From: Vicinamibacteria bacterium
GTDB lineage: Bacteria; Acidobacteriota; Vicinamibacteria; Marinacidobacterales; Marinacidobacteraceae
Direction: 5' to 3'
NCBI GenBank assembly: GCA_964291235.2
Contig: OZ219816.1
Span: 32,001-96,000, forward strand
Length of the DNA: 64,000 nt
Under the pieces are notes generated by a model. It searched no databases. It was not told the DNA's origin and saw nothing but the letters and a program-made list of their open reading frames with translations. The translations under genes were made by a program, and so were the position numbers. This document shows, piece by piece, positions 1 through 9,271 of this stretch (within the stretch, counting starts at the first letter, position 1; each line of letters starts with the position of its first letter).

Positions 1-1091
1 TGCTCTTCGACGCCGAGTTCGTGCTGCAGCCCCCTGGCGAGCGCCTGGTCGGCCTCGCTCCACTCGGGGAGGCCCACCCGCTCGATATTGGCCCACACCG
101 CCTCGGCCACCGGCTTGCTGAAGTGGCGCGGGTAGGCGTGGCCCAGGATGCGCCATGACACCTCGGTCGAGGTCATCGCGGCGGCGGCCTGCGCCATCGT
201 GTTTCCGAGGTCGTAGAGCTCCTTCATCCCGGACTGCTCAAGCTCCCGGAAGTAGTACCAGACCGAAGCCAACTGGGGCACCACGTTCGGCTGGTCCCCG
301 CCGTTTGTGATGATGTAGTGCGAACGGTGCGGCAGGCGCAGGTGCTCGCGCTTGACGTTCCACGCCATGTTCATGATCTCGACCGCGTCGAGCGCGCTGC
401 GGCCGCGCCACGGCGCCCCCGCCGAGTGCGCCGATTCGCCGGTGAAGGTGTATTCGACCGACACGAGGCCGTTGCCCCGGCCCTGTCCCCAGCTCACCGA
501 GAACTGGTTCGAGACGTGGGTGAAGATGCAGATGTCCACATCCTCGAAGTAGCCGTCCCGAATGAACCACGCCTTCGTGCCCACGAGTTCCTCGGCGACC
601 CCCGGCCATATCACGATGGTGCCGGGAAGGCCCTCGCGCTCCATCACTTCCTTGGCCGCCAGGGCTCCGGCGATGATCACCGCCTGCCCGGAGTTGTGGC
701 CCTCGCCGTGCCCCGGCGCGCCTTCCACGAGGGGATCGTGGTATGCGACTCCCGGCTTCTGCGACGCCTTGGGAATCCCGTCGATGTCGCTGCCGAGCGC
801 GATCACCGGCGAACCGGAGCCCCAGCGCGCCATCCAGGCGGTCGGGATGCCCGAGATCCCTTCCTCCACCTCGAATCCGTTCTCGCGCAGGATCTCGGTG
901 AGGTAGCGGGAGGTCTCGAACTCCTGAAAGCCGAGCTCGCCAAAGCTGAAGATGGAGTCCACCATCACCTGGACCAGCTTGGCCCGCTCGGCCGCCCCCT
1001 GGTCGGCGACCGGACGGAGGGTCTCGAGGTCCTGCGCCGCCAGCGGCGCGGCAAGGAGCAGGGCAAGCAGGGATTGGAACAGTCGGCGCAT
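1..1091 (-). CDS. Secreted M20-family amidohydrolase (AbgB-like), 3' part runs off the window
   Basis: Manual translation from ATG 1091 gives MRRLFQSLLALLLAAPLAAQDLETLRPVADQGAAERAKLVQVMVDSIFSFGELGFQEFET..., with GSDIDG and GHGEGHNSG motifs. Near-collinear paralog of 1192..2793. Confidence 0.85.
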   Translation of the reverse strand, partial: MRRLFQSLLALLLAAPLAAQDLETLRPVADQGAAERAKLVQVMVDSIFSFGELGFQEFETSRYLTEILRENGFEVEEGISGIPTAWMARWGSGSPVIALGSDIDGIPKASQKPGVAYHDPLVEGAPGHGEGHNSGQAVIIAGALAAKEVMEREGLPGTIVIWPGVAEELVGTKAWFIRDGYFEDVDICIFTHVSNQFSVSWGQGRGNGLVSVEYTFTGESAHSAGAPWRGRSALDAVEIMNMAWNVKREHLRLPHRSHYIITNGGDQPNVVPQLASVWYYFRELEQSGMKELYDLGNTMAQAAAAMTSTEVSWRILGHAYPRHFSKPVAEAVWANIERVGLPEWSEADQALARGLQHELGVEE

Positions 1092-1141
1092 CGCGGAAAA
1101 CCTCTCTCCGGCGGCGCCGCCCATCCCGGCCCGCCGGGCGG

Positions 1142-1158
1142 CGATTCTACCGGCGGGA
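1142..1158 (-). promoter_or_regulatory. Putative -10 region (TAGAAT) of M20 copy 1
   Basis: TCCCGCCGGTAGAATCG on the minus strand, identical to 2844..2860 upstream of the paralog. Confidence 0.55.
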
Positions 1159-1191
1159 CCGCAGGATTCCGGGGCGAACCGCCTCCGCCGA

Positions 1192-2793
1192 TCAGTTCTC
1201 CCGGCTCTCTGACTCGCTGCGCACGGTCGGGTACTCGATGCCGAGCTGCTCGAGGTACGTGTCGTAGGTGTCCGGGTCGTAGTAGAACGGCCGCATCGCC
1301 TCCCGGAAGGAATTCATCCGTTCCTCGTTGAGGTGGATTGCCGGGGGATCGTCAGGACCGATCAGCGGCGTGTACTGGTGCTCGGCGGTCTGCTCCGCGA
1401 AGTACTCCTTGGCCGCCGGCACGAGTGCGGGATCGAGGAACAGGTCCATCAGCGTCATCGCGATGACCCGGGCGCCGGCAGTAGCCCCCTTGTGCGCGAT
1501 CGGGGTCGCCATCGCCACGCCGTTTGCCCAGTGATGACCCGGCCCACCCGGGATGTTCGAAGGAAACCCCAGCGTGACCGTGGGGACGGCCCAGGATATG
1601 TCACCGATGTCGTCCGAGCCGCCACCCAATCTCGGCTCACGGGCGGGGCCCCGGATCTCGCCGAGTTCGGTGGCGAGCCCCCGTTCCTCCACCCCGAGTT
1701 CCCGCTGGAGTCCCGTGGCCAGGGCCAAGTCGGCCTCGCTCCATTCGGGCAGGCCCACCCGCTCGATGTTGGCCCAGACCGCCTCCGCCACCGGCCTATT
1801 GAAGTGGCGCGGATAGGCGTGGCCCAGGATGCGCCAGGAGGCCTCGGTGGAGGTCATCGCGGCGGCGGACTCCGCCATGATGTTCCCGAGATCGAAGAGC
1901 TCCTTCATGTGGGGCTGGTCGAGTTCACGGAAGAAGTACCAAACGGACGCCAACTGCGGGACCACGTTCGGCTGGTCCCCGCCGTTCGTGATCACGTAGT
2001 GCGAGCGGTGCGGCAGCCGCAGGTGCTCGCGCTTGATGTTCCAGGCGGCGTTCATGATCTCCACCGCGTCGAGGGCGCTCCGGCCCCGCCAGGGCGCCCC
2101 CGCGGAGTGGGCGGATTCACCCTCGAACGTGTACTCCACGGAGACCAGCCCGTTCCCGCCTCCCTGCCCCCAGCCCACTCCGAACCGCGACGAAACATGG
2201 GTGAAGATGCAGATGTCCACGTCCTCGAAATAGCCGTCCCGGATGAACCAGGCCTTGGTGGCGAGGAGTTCCTCCGCCACCCCCGGCCAGATCGCGATGG
2301 TCCCGGGAATGCCCTCCCGCTCCATGATTTCCTTCGCGGCCAGCGCCCCCGCGACGATCACCGCCTGCCCCGAGTTGTGGCCTTCGCCATGGCCCGGCGC
2401 CCCCTCGACCAGGGGGTCGTGGTAGGCGACGCCCGGCTTCTGCGACGCTTTCGGGATCCCGTCAATGTCGCTGCCGAGCGCGATCACCGGCGAGCCGGAG
2501 CCCCAGCGCGCCATCCACGCGGTCGGGATCCCCGAGATCCCCTCCTCCACCTCGAATCCGTTCTCCCGCAGGATGTCGGTGATGTAGCGGGAGGTCTCGA
2601 ACTCCTGGAATCCGAGCTCCCCGAAGCTGAAAATGGAGTCCACCATCACCTGGACCAGCTTGGCGCGCTCGGCGGCCCCCTGATCGGCTACCGGACGGAG
2701 GGTATCGAGATCCTGCGCCGCGACCGGAGCGGCGAACAGGAACGCGAGGAGGACGGCCGGAAGGGACCGGAGGATCGGGGCTGTGTTGCGCAT
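1192..2793 (-). CDS. Secreted M20-family amidohydrolase (AbgB-like)
   Basis: Signal peptide ending APVAAQ. Motifs ELGFQEFETS, GSDIDG, GHGEGHN, GVAEE, SAHSAGAPW, GGSDDIGD. Start placed at ATG 2793 after a purine-rich RBS. Confidence 0.88.
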   Translation of the reverse strand: MRNTAPILRSLPAVLLAFLFAAPVAAQDLDTLRPVADQGAAERAKLVQVMVDSIFSFGELGFQEFETSRYITDILRENGFEVEEGISGIPTAWMARWGSGSPVIALGSDIDGIPKASQKPGVAYHDPLVEGAPGHGEGHNSGQAVIVAGALAAKEIMEREGIPGTIAIWPGVAEELLATKAWFIRDGYFEDVDICIFTHVSSRFGVGWGQGGGNGLVSVEYTFEGESAHSAGAPWRGRSALDAVEIMNAAWNIKREHLRLPHRSHYVITNGGDQPNVVPQLASVWYFFRELDQPHMKELFDLGNIMAESAAAMTSTEASWRILGHAYPRHFNRPVAEAVWANIERVGLPEWSEADLALATGLQRELGVEERGLATELGEIRGPAREPRLGGGSDDIGDISWAVPTVTLGFPSNIPGGPGHHWANGVAMATPIAHKGATAGARVIAMTLMDLFLDPALVPAAKEYFAEQTAEHQYTPLIGPDDPPAIHLNEERMNSFREAMRPFYYDPDTYDTYLEQLGIEYPTVRSESESREN

Positions 2794-2843
2794 GGGGAAA
2801 CCTCTTTCCGTCGGGGACGCCCATTCCCGGCGCACCGAGCGCC

Positions 2844-2860
2844 CGATTCTACCGGCGGGA
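2844..2860 (-). promoter_or_regulatory. Putative -10 region (TAGAAT) of M20 copy 2
   Basis: 17-bp identity with 1142..1158; contains TAGAAT. Confidence 0.55.
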
Positions 2861-3058
2861 TTGGTGTTGGGCCCGTCAGGTTTCGGCAACCAGCGGCGCC
2901 ATGATCCGCAGGCTGCGTTTTACGGACGGCGGCGCTCGGGGCGTCCACCTCGCGCGTTGTCGATGAGAACGCATTCACCCATCGGTAAGACCGTAATGAG
3001 TTGGAATCGGTCCATGGCCCGGCTGCGCTTGATCTCGATTGGCGGCCTGCCGTTTCGC

Positions 3059-3080
3059 GGCGCTCACAGGCTGCTAAGCT
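3059..3080 (+). repeat. Degenerate right end of the MITE-like repeat, overlapping an extended -10 (TGcTAAGCT) upstream of tRNA-Leu
   Basis: GGCGCTCACAGGCTGCTA equals the MITE end GGCGCTCAC[GGGGGTTTCACCAC]AGGCYGCTA with the bracketed part deleted. Confidence 0.5.
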
Positions 3081-3108
3081 CCCGCCGCCAGGAGGCTTTG
3101 GCGCCGCT

Positions 3109-3193
<85 letters not shown>

Positions 3194-3247
3194 GCCCGCC
3201 CCTCCCTGACCAGGAAATCTGGTTTCGCGGACGCCTCCCATTCCATC

Positions 3248-4594
3248 GTGTCCGACCCCTCCGTTCGCCCACCCTTCCCGGAAAAGGACCGTATTCCGGA
3301 CCTGACCTTCGAACTGACCGAAGAAGGCCAATCGCGCCGCGCCATCGAAGTCACGATTCCGGCGCCGGTCTTCGAGGAAGCCGTCCAGAAAGAGCTGCGG
3401 CGTATCCGGCAAAAGGCCCAGCTGCGCGGCTTCCGCAAGGGCAAGGCGCCCAAGGAGCGGATCGAACTCCTCTACGGGGGCGAGGCCACCGAGGAAGCGA
3501 TGAGCCGCCTCCTCGGCCGGGCCACCCGGCAGAGCCTCCACGAACTCGATGTCCATCCGCTGGATGTTCCGAAGGCGACGCCCGAGGAAGCCACCCGCGG
3601 AAAACCGCTGGTGGCGCGCCTGCAATTCAGTGTCTGGCCGGACGTCGGGACGGTGGATTTCGCGGGGATCAAGGTCACCACCCAGGAACGTGCGGTAACC
3701 GAATCGGACATCGGCGAAACCCTGGAACATCTGCGGATGGAGCGGGCCCAACCCGGGCCGATCGAGGGGCGGGGCCTCCAGGACGGCGATCTGGTGATGG
3801 GCGAACTCACCGAATCCGACCTCCTCGAGACCGATCCGCCGACGGCGCCCCGGGTCACCAAGGAGGTGCCTTTGCGGGTGGGGAGCGAGACCTATCACCC
3901 GGCGCTCCACGAGGCGCTGCAGGGCGCCGCCGAAGGAGACACGGTGGTGGCCACCGCCAATTTCGGAAGCGAATCTCAAGATTCGGAACGAGCGGGACGA
4001 ACGATCCGGGCTGCCTTTACGGTCAATCAGGCGCGAACGCCGGTGCTTCCCGCTCTCGACGACGACTTCGCCCGCGACCTCGGGGCCGCTTCGCTGCTCG
4101 CGCTGCGGGGCGACATCCGGGACCGGCTGCGGGCGCGCGCCGATCAGAACGAACGGCGGGAGGTCGCGGAGCAATTGGTAGCGGCGCTACGCGAGAAGAA
4201 TCCGGTGGAACCTCCGGAGCCACTCGTCGAGCGGGATCTGGACAACCGCGTGCGCATGCTCGCGAACAGCATGGTTCAAGGCGGAATGCCCACCGAACAG
4301 GTGCGCGCCGAACTGGAAAAACACCTCGGCACCCTGCGCGCCGAGTGCGAAAAGACGGTCGCTGCCACGATCCTGGTAGACGCCCTGGCCGACCAGCAAG
4401 GCATCGAAACGACAGAGAAGGCTCTCGAGGAGCGGCTCGACCAGGAAGCCTCCGCCTCGGGGAAGTCTCCGGCCGCACTGCGGGCAGCCATGGAAAAGGA
4501 TGGACGGCTCGAACGGATGCGGACCCAGCTCCGGCGGGACGCGGCGATCGATTTCCTGAAGGAAAGCGCGGAACTCACGCCAGCCAAGGCATAG
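3248..4594 (+). CDS. tig: Trigger factor
   Basis: GFRKGKAP ribosome-binding motif, LPALDDDFA, tRNA-Leu-tig-clpP synteny. Start uncertain (GTG 3248 chosen). Confidence 0.92.
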   Translation: MSDPSVRPPFPEKDRIPDLTFELTEEGQSRRAIEVTIPAPVFEEAVQKELRRIRQKAQLRGFRKGKAPKERIELLYGGEATEEAMSRLLGRATRQSLHELDVHPLDVPKATPEEATRGKPLVARLQFSVWPDVGTVDFAGIKVTTQERAVTESDIGETLEHLRMERAQPGPIEGRGLQDGDLVMGELTESDLLETDPPTAPRVTKEVPLRVGSETYHPALHEALQGAAEGDTVVATANFGSESQDSERAGRTIRAAFTVNQARTPVLPALDDDFARDLGAASLLALRGDIRDRLRARADQNERREVAEQLVAALREKNPVEPPEPLVERDLDNRVRMLANSMVQGGMPTEQVRAELEKHLGTLRAECEKTVAATILVDALADQQGIETTEKALEERLDQEASASGKSPAALRAAMEKDGRLERMRTQLRRDAAIDFLKESAELTPAKA

Positions 4595-4706
4595 ACAGCC
4601 AGGGAACGCGGCCTCCGCGGCGCGGAGGGTGACGATTGCTGACCCGGCGACCTCGTATGCTGACCCGAACTTACGAACTCCAGCGATGCCGCGAGGGAAG
4701 CACAAC

Positions 4707-5300
4707 GTGATTCGAGACCAGATCCTGATACCGCACGTAATCGAACAGACCGGCCGGGGGGAGCGCGCCTACGACATCTATTCCCGGCTGCTCAAGGACA
4801 ACATCGTGTTTATCGGACAGCCCATCAGCGATGAGCTCGCAAACACCGTGGTGGCCCAACTGCTCTTCCTGGAGTCCGAAGATCCGGAGAAGGAAGTCTC
4901 CCTCTACATCAACTGCCCGGGCGGCTCCGTGACCGCCGGGCTTGCGATCTACGACACGCTGCAGTTCATCCGGCCGGACGTAACTACCTATTGCCTCGGT
5001 CAGGCATCCAGCATGGGAGCGATCCTGCTCGCCGCCGGGGCTCGGGGAAAGCGCTTCGCGCTCCCGAACGCCACCGTCATGATCCACCAGCCGCTCGGCG
5101 GCGCCCGGGGACAGGCGACGGACATCCAGATCCAGGCCAACGAGATCGTGCGGGTTCGCGCCCGGCTCACGGAAATCCTCGCCCACCACACGGGGCGTTC
5201 CACGGAAGAGATCGCACGCGATATCGAACGGGACCACTACATGACCGCCGAGGAAGCCAAGGCGTACGGCGTCGTGGATTCGGTCATCGAGCACCGCTAA
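4707..5300 (+). CDS. clpP: ATP-dependent Clp protease proteolytic subunit
   Basis: [27 protein letters not shown] (catalytic Ser), MIHQP, ERDHYM. GTG 4707 follows GAGGGAAG; alternative starts 4629 and 4686. Confidence 0.96.
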   Translation: MIRDQILIPHVIEQTGRGERAYDIYSRLLKDNIVFIGQPISDELANTVVAQLLFLESEDPEKEVSLYINCPGGSVTAGLAIYDTLQFIRPDVTTYCLGQASSMGAILLAAGARGKRFALPNATVMIHQPLGGARGQATDIQIQANEIVRVRARLTEILAHHTGRSTEEIARDIERDHYMTAEEAKAYGVVDSVIEHR

Positions 5301-5330
5301 CGGGGCCGGGCGACCAGGGGCCCCGGGCAC

Positions 5331-5359
5331 TTGATTCCTGACCCCAGAAAAGGCACACT
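5331..5359 (+). promoter_or_regulatory. Possible sigma70-type promoter of the DUF1592 operon
   Basis: TTGATT-17 bp-CACACT located 52 bp upstream of ATG 5412. Confidence 0.35.
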
Positions 5360-5411
5360 CACATGTCCTTTTGGCGCCATTTTCGCGCCCGGATTCCCCT
5401 AGCAGACCGTC

Positions 5412-7826
5412 ATGAGACCCAACACTGTTGTCAGGAGCGGACTCGCAACCCTCCTGCTGATCGTGGGGAGTGCGGTTTCTGCGGCCGGAGCCGGCCCGGT
5501 CGAAGAGACCCCGGGGAGCACCGGGGTAGCGCCGAACGACGCGATGGCCAACCGCGTCGTCCGCAGTACCTGTGTCATGTGCCACAACGATCGGCTCATG
5601 ACGGGCAACATGTCGCTCCAGAACTTCGACGTGGCCAAGGCGGCCGAGCACGCCGATGTCGCCGAGGAGATGGTCCGGAAGCTGCGCGCCGGCATGATGC
5701 CGCCGCGCGGCGCCCGGCGGACGGGCAGCGAGGCGCTGTTGACGCTGGTCGAGACTCTGGAGCATCGCCTCGATGAGGCCGCCGCGCTGGCTCCGGACCC
5801 GGGCAACCGGCCTTTCCAGCGCCTCAACCGCCATGAGTACGCACAGGCAATCCAGCAGTTGCTGGACCTCGAGGTGGACGCCGGAGACTGGCTGCCGCTC
5901 GATCAGGTCAGCCACAACTTCGACAACATCGCGGAAGCCCAAACCCTCTCCCCCACGCTGCTGGAGGCGTACCTGAACGCGGCGAGTTCGATCAGCCGGC
6001 TCGCCGTCGGCCAGCGCAGCGGAAAAGCGGTGGATCACACCTACACCAACTCGCAGTACCTCTCGCAGCATCCGTGGGATCACGTCGAGGGCGCCCCCTA
6101 CGGGACGCGCGGTGGGCTGGTGGTGAATCACACGTTCGCGGCCGACGGCGAATACACCGTCGGGGTGACCTTCACTTCGGGGGCCAATGTCCGCATCGAG
6201 GATGTGGACGTCTCGATCGACGGAGAGCGCATCGCCCTTTTGGCCTACGACACCAACCGCCGGGTGGGCGCCGACGGCCGGGGCAGCGTCGTCACCCTGA
6301 CCCCCCGCGTCTCCATCCGGGCCGGTACGCGCCAGATCGCGGCCGCCTTCATCCGGCGACACCACGGGCCCTACGAGGATTTGATCCGCCCGCACGACTG
6401 GTCGTACGCCGGAGGCGGCTCCGGGGGAGCCGGGATCACCACCCTCCCGCACATCCGCGACGTCATCGTCACGGGTCCCTACAACGCGACCGGGCTGTCG
6501 GAGACGCCCAGCCGGCGTCGTATTTTCACCTGCCGTCCGACCACTCCCGACGAGGCGCGGCCATGCGCCGACCGAATCATCACGCGGCTGGCACGCGAGG
6601 CCTACCGGCGAAACGTCCACCAGGACGAAGTCGAAGGCCTGCTCGGATTCTTCGACCAGGGGAACGCCGACGGCGGTTTCGAGGTAGGCGTGCGGACGGC
6701 CCTCGAGGCGATGCTCGCGAGTCCGCACTTCGTGATGCGGCTCGAGCGAACTCCGGCGGATGCGCCGGACCGGGGCTACCGGCTCGGCGACACCGACCTT
6801 GCTTCGCGCCTTTCCTTCTTCCTGTGGGGCGCGCCCCCGGACGACGAACTCCAGGCGCTCGCGGACGGGGGCCTCCTGACCGAGGAAGAACTGGAGCGCC
6901 AGGCGCTCCGCATGCTCGCCGATCCGCGCGCGGCGGTACTGGGGCGGCGTTTCGCAGCGCAATGGTTCCGCCTGCAGGACATGGACAAGGTCAAGCCGGA
7001 TCCGAACTTCTTCCCGAACTTCGACGACAACCTGGCGCATGCCATGCGGCGTGAGACGGAACTCTTCTTCGCCCACCTGGTGCAGGAAGACCGGAGCCTG
7101 CTGGACCTCTTCGAGGCCGACTACACCTACCTCAACGAGCGGCTCGCGCATCACTACGAGATTCCGGGGGTCGCGGGCCGACACTTCCGGCGCGTCGAGT
7201 ATCCCGACGACACCCGCCGCGGAGTCTTCGGCCACGGCAGCGTCCTCGTTCTCACCTCGCTCGCCAATCGCACCTCTCCGGTGCTGCGCGGCAAGTGGGT
7301 GATGGAGGTGCTGCTGGGCACCCCGCCGCCACCACCCCCACCCGACACCCCGATCCTCGAGGACACCGCGGAAGTCGCTGACGGACGGCGGCTGACCACG
7401 CGGGAACGGATGGAGATGCACGCCGCCAACCCGAGTTGCAACTCCTGCCACCGGATGATCGACCCGATCGGGCTTTCGCTCGATAACTTCGACGTCACGG
7501 GCAAATGGCGGGTGCGCGAGAACGGCGGACCGCTGGACACCAGGGGCGACTTCTACGACGGCACGCCGGTTTCCAACCCGAGCGAGCTGGTGGGGGCGCT
7601 GCTGGGGCGGCCAATTCCGCTGGCGCGCACCTTCACCGAGAACCTGTTGGCTTTCGCGATCGGCCGGCCCATGGAGCCGTTCGATCAGCCCACCGTCCGC
7701 AAGATCGCCCGGGCTGCCGAGGCGAATGACTACCGCATGGCATCGTTCATCATGGACGTGATCCGCAGCGACGCCTTCCAGCGCAAACGGGGCGACCAAC
7801 CGAGCTCCGAAACCACCTTGCAGTAG
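5412..7826 (+). CDS. Secreted cytochrome-c protein with DUF1587/1595/1592/1588/1585 (planctomycete PSD) domains
   Basis: Signal peptide, CVMCH heme motif followed by MMPP, RLNRHEY, LASRLSFFLW, RTSPVLRGKWV, second CNSCH motif, DPIGLSLDNFD. Confidence 0.88.
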   Translation: MRPNTVVRSGLATLLLIVGSAVSAAGAGPVEETPGSTGVAPNDAMANRVVRSTCVMCHNDRLMTGNMSLQNFDVAKAAEHADVAEEMVRKLRAGMMPPRGARRTGSEALLTLVETLEHRLDEAAALAPDPGNRPFQRLNRHEYAQAIQQLLDLEVDAGDWLPLDQVSHNFDNIAEAQTLSPTLLEAYLNAASSISRLAVGQRSGKAVDHTYTNSQYLSQHPWDHVEGAPYGTRGGLVVNHTFAADGEYTVGVTFTSGANVRIEDVDVSIDGERIALLAYDTNRRVGADGRGSVVTLTPRVSIRAGTRQIAAAFIRRHHGPYEDLIRPHDWSYAGGGSGGAGITTLPHIRDVIVTGPYNATGLSETPSRRRIFTCRPTTPDEARPCADRIITRLAREAYRRNVHQDEVEGLLGFFDQGNADGGFEVGVRTALEAMLASPHFVMRLERTPADAPDRGYRLGDTDLASRLSFFLWGAPPDDELQALADGGLLTEEELERQALRMLADPRAAVLGRRFAAQWFRLQDMDKVKPDPNFFPNFDDNLAHAMRRETELFFAHLVQEDRSLLDLFEADYTYLNERLAHHYEIPGVAGRHFRRVEYPDDTRRGVFGHGSVLVLTSLANRTSPVLRGKWVMEVLLGTPPPPPPPDTPILEDTAEVADGRRLTTRERMEMHAANPSCNSCHRMIDPIGLSLDNFDVTGKWRVRENGGPLDTRGDFYDGTPVSNPSELVGALLGRPIPLARTFTENLLAFAIGRPMEPFDQPTVRKIARAAEANDYRMASFIMDVIRSDAFQRKRGDQPSSETTLQ

Positions 7827-7837
7827 AGGAAACCTAC

Positions 7838-9247
7838 ATGTCCCTCATCACCGGAAAACACCTTCCTCGCCGGACCTTCCTCCGTGGAGCGGGCGCCGCA
7901 GTAGCGCTGCCCTATCTCGAGGCCATGTTGCCTGCGGGCCTTGGCGGCAGCAAGGCAGTCGCGGCGCCGACAGACGTGACGCGGCTCGTGTGCATCGAGG
8001 AAGTCCACGGGCTCCCCGGGTGCAACGAGTGGGGCGCCAGTCAGCACCTGTTCGCGCCAGCCACCGAGGGACGGGACTTCGAGCTGAAGCCGGAAAACGC
8101 GCTGAAGCCGCTCGAGCCCTACCAGGACTACCTGACCATCGTCAGCAACACCGACGTCCGGATGGCCGAAGCGTTCACCACCCCAGAGATCGGGGGAGAC
8201 CACTTCCGGTCGTCCGCGGTCTTCCTGACTCAGGCCCATCCGAAACAGACGCAGGGTTCCGATATCTGGTGCGGAACCTCGCTGGACCAGTTGTACGCGC
8301 AGCGGTTCGGCCAGGCCACCCCGATGCCGTCCATGCAGCTCTGCATCGAAAACCTGGATCAGGCCGGCGGCTGCACCTACAACTACTCCTGCGCTTACAC
8401 CGACTCCATCAGTTGGGCATCCCCGAACGAACCGCTCCCCATGATCCGGGACCCGCGGGTCGCCTTCGAGATGCTTTTCGGCGCCGGCAGCACTCCCGAG
8501 GAGCGCGCCGAACGCCGGGCCACGCGCCGCAGCATCCTGGACTGGATCCTCGGGGACGTCGCCGAAGTCCGTAACGAACTCGGCAACATCGACCGCCTCC
8601 GCATGGACCGCTACCTCGACCACGTTCGTGAAGTCGAGCGGCGTATCCAGATGATCGAAGGCCACAACGAGAGCGGCGGGACGCGGGAACTGCCGGACGC
8701 TCCTCCGGGTGTCCCCGACTCCTTCTCGGAGCACATGCAGCTCCTGTTCGATCTTCAGGTGCTCGCGCTGCAGACCGACATGACCCGGGTCATCTCGTTC
8801 AAGACCGGACGCGACGCCCAGAACCGCTCCTTCCCGGAGAGCGGCAGCACCTCACCCTTCCACCCAGCCTCGCACCACGGAAACAACGAAGAGCGGATCA
8901 TGGACTTCAACACGATCTGCCAGTACCGCATCGGCCAGCTCCCGTATTTCCTGGAGCAGCTCAAGAACACGGAAGAGGGAGGCGTTTCGCTCCTCGACAA
9001 GACGGCGATCATCTGGGGTTCGCCGATGGCCGACGCCAACATCCACAACCACCGGCGCGCGCCGCTGATCTTCCTGGGCCGGGCGAACGGGCACCTGACC
9101 GGCAACCTGCACGTGAAGGCGCCGGACGAGACGCCGATGGCGAACGCGATGCTCGCTCTGGTGCAGTCGCTCGGGCTCGAAATGGATTCCTTCGGTGACA
9201 GCAACGGCACCCTTCCGGTGTCGGAGCCGATGGTGGACACGGACTAG
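7838..9247 (+). CDS. DUF1552 (HXXSHH-domain) protein, Tat signal
   Basis: PRRTFLRGAG twin-arginine signal, ALPYLEAM, SISW, SILD, FHPASHH. Canonical partner of DUF1592 proteins. Confidence 0.88.
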   Translation: MSLITGKHLPRRTFLRGAGAAVALPYLEAMLPAGLGGSKAVAAPTDVTRLVCIEEVHGLPGCNEWGASQHLFAPATEGRDFELKPENALKPLEPYQDYLTIVSNTDVRMAEAFTTPEIGGDHFRSSAVFLTQAHPKQTQGSDIWCGTSLDQLYAQRFGQATPMPSMQLCIENLDQAGGCTYNYSCAYTDSISWASPNEPLPMIRDPRVAFEMLFGAGSTPEERAERRATRRSILDWILGDVAEVRNELGNIDRLRMDRYLDHVREVERRIQMIEGHNESGGTRELPDAPPGVPDSFSEHMQLLFDLQVLALQTDMTRVISFKTGRDAQNRSFPESGSTSPFHPASHHGNNEERIMDFNTICQYRIGQLPYFLEQLKNTEEGGVSLLDKTAIIWGSPMADANIHNHRRAPLIFLGRANGHLTGNLHVKAPDETPMANAMLALVQSLGLEMDSFGDSNGTLPVSEPMVDTD

Positions 9248-9271
9248 CCGTCCGGGCCAAGGGGAAAACCA

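Noticed and set aside
3284-3295. ATT start for tig after AAGGA
   Set aside because: Plausible, but spacing is short and an in-frame GTG exists at 3248; cannot be decided from sequence.
4671-7799. 1042-aa - strand ORF and many other long overlapping ORFs
   Set aside because: Shadow ORFs expected at high GC. They lie opposite or out of frame with motif-supported genes and have no recognisable motifs.
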